DNA of 64,000 nt, taken from assembly GCA_040285855.1 (NCBI GenBank), contig JAUFOQ010000017.1:620001-684000 (forward strand). The letters run 5' to 3'. This document shows positions 58,004 through 64,000 of this stretch, piece by piece; within the stretch, counting starts at the first letter, position 1; each line of letters opens with the position of its first letter. Origin of the DNA: Eukaryota sp. GEM-RC1 (taxonomy: Eukaryota). The notes beneath the pieces were generated by a model. The model was not told the origin of the DNA and searched no databases. It saw nothing but the letters and a program-made list of their open reading frames with translations. Made by a program: the position numbers and the translations under genes.

Positions 58004-60120
58004 TTACAATTTCGTTATAGAAACATGCCCAAATCCTAAAATCCTTATATCAAAAGATCCATACTGATTCAGCTCATAAGTACTAGGAACTATCATATAA
58101 TTACCAACTCCTAAAGTGGCACGCAGAACATTATGCTGCTCACGATAAGTTTTTGTCTCCACAATATTTAAAAGTTTTGTGGTCCTTTCTAATCTAGTGC
58201 TGTTATCAACAACCTTTGCAATCACTAGCCCTACAAAAGTTCGTGGTACCTCAGTTGATAGATAGACCTCAACATCACATTCAGAGGTCACTTTAAGGGA
58301 ATATTGTGGATTTCGATGCCAAATCTCACTGCTTCTACGTCCTCCCGAGCTGATCTCTCCCCAATTTCCAGTAAAACTTCTAACAACAGGCGCGTGGGTT
58401 AAGTCCTTCAATGGACGAAATACAACAGGGCAAGTAGCAGAGACTGAGATGGAATAAGAAGAATAGGAAGAAGTTGCAAGAACATCAACAACTACCGTGT
58501 ACTCGGTAGTAGCATTTGGAACTTCTATTTTAGTCAACGAGTGGAAAGAGTTTGAGTAAGATCCGGTAGAAGTGAACTTAGAAGACTCGTAGAAACAAAT
58601 TCTACGTTTAGAATCTTCCAATGGTGAGTCATCAGTGGTATCACATGACGTGCGCATCACGTGGATGGTTGAAAAGAGATCAGCAGAGGCTGGGAGACGA
58701 TGACGTTCTAATAGAATCCAAATATCTTGAGTTGCAGATTTTAAACCTTGGTCACCACAAGCTCTTAGTAGAAATTGAGGTCGTTCAAAAGAGGAGGATT
58801 TCCTGTAGATTCTGTATGAAGTGTAGACATTGGAATAGCAAAATGAGTCTCAGAAAAATGACTAAACATTTTGGACACATCCCAAGATAATGAAAGAGTA
58901 TCAAAATATCTAACAAAATCTTCACAATTCAAGACAAATAATCCATCATTATTTTTGCCCCCACTTCTCCAAGGATTCATTAAAGTGATTGAGTTGGTAT
59001 GACAGTCAAATTCCAAAATTGCGTAACAATGATTACTCTCAATCAATAACGTTGAATCCACGACAGTTTCCTGTGATGCGCTGGCAGTTGCTAGCACCAC
59101 GCCTTCACGGAAACCAAATGAGATTCTTGGAAATGATGACGTATTGTCATTGGATTTAAGATCTGAGATCACTTCAGGAGTCCAACCGATTAAACAATAG
59201 AGATCAAATGAGCTTCTTGAACCTGGAAAGTCATAGCTTGATTGATTGGTGAGTTTCAAAAACGCCTTTTCAATTATTGGAATCATTAAAGAATAACAAT
59301 CAATAGAATGCGAGGTTAACAACGAAGGCGATCTTCTTGACGAAAAAGGAAGGAAATCATCAACGATTACTTTCCGTTGAATTCCGTTGAACTTCAATCG
59401 CACACAGTATTTTCCACATTGATTGAAAATGGCCATACCATTAACTTGAGGATAAATCAAATTCGAAATCAAATTATGCCTAAATCTAACTTGATGATTT
59501 GCTGCAACAATTAGGGACGCAATAAATGAACAATTAGGGACACAACCCTGTCGTATGTTCTCGGGCTTAATTGAATGGGCTATTTGCTGGCCTTGTTTGA
59601 AGCGGAAAAGGTCGGCTGCTCGTCTCCAGGACTCGAATACAAGAGTTTGGGAAGGAGAGAGAGTGAACAGACCATCGGGATCAGTGAAAGGGATGTTGGA
59701 AAAGGTATCACCTGCATCGAGGTTAACCCAGGGCAGGATAGTGGAGTTGTGTATTTTAGAGGCTTTAGAGAGAACGAGAATCTCATCTTTTGATAAGGCT
59801 TTCCTAGAGGAGGATTTACCGGAAGAGCTTGGGGCAGTGTTTAGTAGTTCGATTCTGGAACGCAGTTGATCACAGAAACGTAAGAACTCGTCCCGTCTTA
59901 ATGAATGTGGTGCATCCTTCAAGTAAGCTTGATAACAACGAATGGCATCTGCATAGTGTTGGATTGCTTTAGGAAGGTCCTTTTGTTCTTCTGAAGTAAT
60001 GCCATGGTTCCAGAATGTCTTTGCCATTTCTAGCTTTGTGGGTTTTTTTGGAGCGTTGTCGAGGATTTTGGGATAATCAGCATAGTGATATATGGGCGCT
60101 TGATCACGTCCAGTAGTCAT
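58004..60120 (-). CDS. Calpain-7/PalB-like cysteine protease (MIT + CysPc + domain III repeats); frameshift at about 58770
   Basis: MIT-like AIQHYADAIRCY; catalytic QGCVPNCSFIASL, HCYAIL, NPW; IEKAFLKL; SGGR...NPQY and YMIVPSTY in domain III. Confidence 0.92.
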
Positions 60121-60319
60121 GTGAAAGTTGAAGGGTTAAGATTTATTTCTTTCGAACTTTTAATTCCCTTTTGAAAATGAAATGAGTACTAAAACCATCC
60201 AACTTACTACATATACTATCGATGTAAGTGATTAACATTCATCACCTGCTCACCAAAACCTTTAGACATCATTTACATTGAAGGGTAACATCGTAAAAAG
60301 CATAACAAGAATTTAAAAC

Positions 60320-60923
60320 TTATTGCGCAGTCCCAATAGGAACTAACAAAACGGGATGTTCACCAGGATTTAATCCCAATAGATTCTTCACGTCGTCATC
60401 ATGAAAAGCACCAACATCTACAGATCCCAGACCTAGAGATACTGCCTGTAGAGCAAGATTCTGGGCTGCATGACCTACCTCGATGAAAGTGTAATTAATT
60501 CCACGTTGCTTGTACTTTTGACAAATGTCGGTGTAATCAGCAGCAAACAGTACTACAGCGGGAGCTTGGGACACAAATGACTGGTCGAGGGCAGCTTCCT
60601 GTAAAGAATGGTTAAAGAGTCCTTCCTTTATAAGTGATAGAGTGTGGCTAGAAGATGAGTATCGATAAACTCCAGGAATTAAGGACTCCACTGACTGGAT
60701 AATTACGATGAGTTGCAAGGGATATACGGCACCAGCAGAGCACACTATACGCTTTCCAGGTCTAGTATCGGAAGCCCCTTGAGCAGCCCATAATAATTGA
60801 CTGAGAGCAACAAGACTCAAGGGTGTGGAGTGAAAGTTTCGTACACTACAACGATCCCTAGCAATTGCTTCCAAATGAAGTGACACCAGAATATCGTGGA
60901 CATGGTAGTTGAACAAGAGACAT
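60320..60923 (-). CDS. SagB/ThcOx-type nitroreductase-family flavoprotein; frameshift at about 60875
   Basis: MSLVQLPCPRYSGVTS then LEAIAR.RCSVRNF, LSQLLWAAQG, SAGAVYPL, EVGHAAQNLALQAVSLGLGSVDVGAF. Confidence 0.92.
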
Positions 60924-61092
60924 TATGAAGGAAAATTCTGCATGTCAATTCACCCTGGGGTTGTCTCTGGGCCATTACCACAAAGCTGAATAATAGCAGT
61001 CGAACGATTCCATGTGAGTCAAGCTGGGTTTGTCTCCTGTATTTAGAAGCAGCACTAGCTCAACCATGTTTTTAACAGTTTCTATTTTTATG

Positions 61093-61360
61093 ACCATGGC
61101 TGTCAAACACAAGCAACACGTGTTCTAAAAATACAACAATACGCACGAAAATACAAAAGTAAATGTAATAAACAATCAATTACTAGAACATAGTAAAACT
61201 TCAACACGCAGAGTTCAACTTACGCCAATAAGTTGAGTTGAAATGTGGGATTATTACTTTGAAAAGTGATTCTTCCTTTTCTTGGAACAATACATTTCCA
61301 TCATGTACACTGCTCACTGGTCACAACAATTAGTCTCACTAGAAACTAATTTTCATCTGA
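61093..61360. repeat. Dispersed ~300-bp repeat, copy B
   Basis: Homologous to 11805-12120, with two internal segments in opposite orientation. Confidence 0.75.
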
Positions 61361-61479
61361 CCAAATTGGCCTCCAATAAGTAGAAAATGAAGTAAAACAT
61401 AAGTCAATCTCAGTGTATTTTCCACTGAGACTATAACCAGTGCAGTATCCAAAAATACCCAAGGTTGCAACAATAAACA

Positions 61480-61700
61480 AATATTACTGCAATGTATTGC
61501 AAAAAATTTATGTTATAAATTAACGAAATAGAAATTGAATGATCTACATCTACTGTTGAACTACCACAATACAATTTGTCCAGAATACGATTCAAATACT
61601 TTGAGCAACTTCTATATAAAGAAAAAACAATGTGATTGCGCCAAAGAGTCTGATTGAAATTTTTCCTTTGATCACCACACAACTTTGAAAAGACATCAAA
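61480..61700 (-). mobile_element. RLE non-LTR retrotransposon 3' fragment
   Basis: WRNHIVFSLYRSCSKYLNRIL; close homolog of 26210-26410. Confidence 0.7.
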
Positions 61701-62193
61701 GATTTGGCAATATATTTACATATGCTGGACTGCCATTTTGTTTATTTTTACAGTAATCTATTGTGAAGTGATTGACGAAATACAGTGTAAAGTGATCGAT
61801 TGGAGGTTGCTGAGGACCATAGAATTCTATCTGAGCCTCTATGCCTGAGCTGATGGAAATTGATGTTCACTACTTTTCAACTCTTTACTTGACACGATTT
61901 GCTCTCCCTAGTATGACGGGAAATCCATCTATTCTGTTGTTGTGCAACAAAAATTACTGCAAAGAAGTATCTTCAATCAGATTAGTATTCACTACGGAAT
62001 GTATTGAGCTCCTTTAGGAAGTTGACGAGTTTGATGAACATTAGCTGTTTCATAAAAAGTGGTAGAGCTGTTATTGTCTCATTATTGACATAGAAACTAA
62101 ATTGAACTAAAGAATATTTATTGACAATACAAAAATTAATGTATTGTTTTCGACAACAATACCAATATATTTATTTCTGTCAAAAACAATGAC

Positions 62194-62257
62194 AATAATA
62201 TATAATATATAATATATAATATAATATAATATATAATAATATATAATATATTAATAT
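62194..62257. repeat. AT-only low-complexity tandem repeat, (TAATATA)n-like
   Basis: Direct reading of the sequence. Confidence 0.85.
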
Positions 62258-62758
62258 TCATCGAAAACAATAAAGAAATATGTTTATTGGTGGACTAAAG
62301 CATTTTTGTTTGTTAATTTAAATAGATTCAGTTTAACTGGTTTAAATTGTTTGTGATGGTCACCAAAACAACTATCAAGTTGTAACTACCATTTCTCAAT
62401 CAACTGTTTTTGACCGTTCACAAATCAAATCCCCCGCAATCTCATGTGCACATACTTACATAGTGACATTTTCCGAAAGATTGCTATTTGTTTTACAGTT
62501 GATGGAACATCTATACTTCCTACGTGAAGAGGAAATTTTCGAATCGCTGCAGTCGTGATTTTCATTCAAATTGCATATAAATTAAAGAAAATCAAATTAA
62601 AAAGGGGTAATTCTCGTCCATGTGGACAATTTAACTTCTTTTGTTTTCTGATCTAGTATGTATTAATATATTGTTGCAAATAAACTCTAATGTTTTTATA
62701 TAATTAAAATAATAATGAATTTTTGTATTTTCTTGTTACTTCTCACGATTTGTTCACC

Positions 62759-63400
62759 CAGGCCCTCTCATAAGATAATTTAAAATAATTTGAACATCAA
62801 ACAGTGCCAAAAATAAATGTGAAATAAATATAATTAAAACAAAATAAAACACAAATATAAGCAAAATATTATTATACAAGTCTTAGTTCAAGTCATGGTA
62901 AGGGAAACCAATTCAATGGACAGTTTTTGGCTCGTCTAATCATATATGACCCATTACTTAATATGATTGCACCAATATTGTCATTTCATCAAGACCCATG
63001 AAGATCGAGCAGCATTTTAGTTGCTATAAAGTTTCTTTCGTTCACTCCTAAAGAATAGATTGGATTGTATGAGAAAACAGCTTCATCAACATCTACTAAT
63101 CCGTTGTAGGAAATTTTGACAATTTCATTGAATTGAGCACATTCTTCGTTTATATTGATGATTCTGACAGCACCAGTTGGCACGCGTTCATTTTGACTAT
63201 GATCTAAAAGAGAGTTTTGAACTTAGATTGAGTAAAAAGGACCTCAAGTGTATGGATAAACGAAAGAGATTTTATTTATATTTATTATTATTTTGTTTTA
63301 TTTTGTTTTATTTGCACGATCGCCAAAAAGGCTCAAAAATAAATATAAATAGAAATAAATAGAAATAAATAGAATTTATATTTATTTATGAGGAGCCCTG
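62759..63400. mobile_element. hAT-type MITE
   Basis: TIRs CAGGCCCTCTCATAA / CAGGGCTCCTCATAA (reverse complement); 8-bp TSD TGTTCACC (62751-62758, 63401-63408). Confidence 0.85.
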
Positions 63401-63431
63401 TGTTCACCACTCCTAATGTTATCTATTTCAG

Positions 63432-63725
63432 GTATCACTGATGATGATCACCATCAACTATGCAAAGTTTGACGCCTTCTACTACTTGTTTAAGGGTGGG
63501 CACAACTTTCTGTCCACAGAAATGGACGTCTTCTATTCGTCAACAGACAACAATACCGTGCCCAATTTGTTCTATCTCTTCACTACTAAATTTAGAGAAC
63601 AATTAGCAAGGGTTATTAGCAAGGTTATGGAAAAGCATCATCCTAGAACATCTTTCAATCTTTATGACCAAGTGGTTGCTTCAATTCCAGAATCCTTGAG
63701 AGAATGGTGTGTACAGGGGGTATGA
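63432..63725 (+). CDS. Coding-like exon of an unidentified gene
   Basis: TTTCAG acceptor just before 63432 and a 94-aa ORF with coding-like composition. Confidence 0.35.
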   Translation, partial: VSLMMITINYAKFDAFYYLFKGGHNFLSTEMDVFYSSTDNNTVPNLFYLFTTKFREQLARVISKVMEKHHPRTSFNLYDQVVASIPESLREWCVQGV

Positions 63726-64000
63726 AGCGGTCAAAGGACTGTATTTTGAAGCATCAGGTGACTATTATTACAGTGGAGTCTATTTCATAAACTTTTACGA
63801 TAACAACCAAACTGATGAAGCGGTTGCTGCCTGACAGATTACTCAAGAGATCGCTTTTTTTAGTAACTCAATACTGATTAAGATTACAGCGCTTTAAGGA
63901 GAATATCTTGAAACCAGTAAGCTATCGTAAATTAAAAATTTCAAAAATACACAACTGGCTTTATCATTCTCTCAGATCAATTAATGCAAAGAAAAGGAAC

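Noticed and set aside
3410..60880. Genome-wide programmed ribosomal frameshifting, suggested by frameshifts in the CDK, TDT, HCP, calpain, SagB, gypsy pol and others
   Set aside because: The indels fall in short homopolymers of all four bases and go in both directions, with no shared slippery-plus-stop motif. This fits uncorrected long-read errors better. Short-read polishing would decide.
1..64000. Alternative genetic code or prokaryotic origin of the contig
   Set aside because: Conserved genes read through in the standard code and end in TAA, TAG or TGA; spliceosomal introns and eukaryote-specific genes flank the prokaryote-like ones.

Overview
Compact, AT-rich eukaryotic genomic DNA, probably from an anaerobic protist. 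Support for this: 29-33 nt GT-AG introns, intergenic gaps as short as 32 bp, eIF6, a CDK, calpain-7, a LYAR-type zinc finger, an LSm protein, two tRNAs, and prokaryote-type redox/transport genes (HCP-like, SagB-type nitroreductase, TDT, TspO). The window is rich in mobile DNA: a Ty3/gypsy chromovirus, an intact hAT transposon, five hAT-type MITEs with 8-bp TSDs, a Mutator transposase, a Tc1/mariner-like MITE, a palindromic Ginger-like MITE and many 3' fragments of RLE-type non-LTR retrotransposons. The highlight is a minus-strand locus (about 15323-20953). Once a nested hAT insertion and a few indels are removed, it reconstructs to a roughly 1,200-aa Fanzor1-type RNA-guided nuclease fused in frame to a PolB-type 3'-5' (DEDDy) exonuclease, preceded by a virus-like 2A/StopGo motif, with a candidate omegaRNA downstream. 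Many genes carry single-base indels in homopolymers, most likely long-read assembly errors, so intact versus pseudogene status is uncertain. All calls are by eye from motifs; no searches were run.
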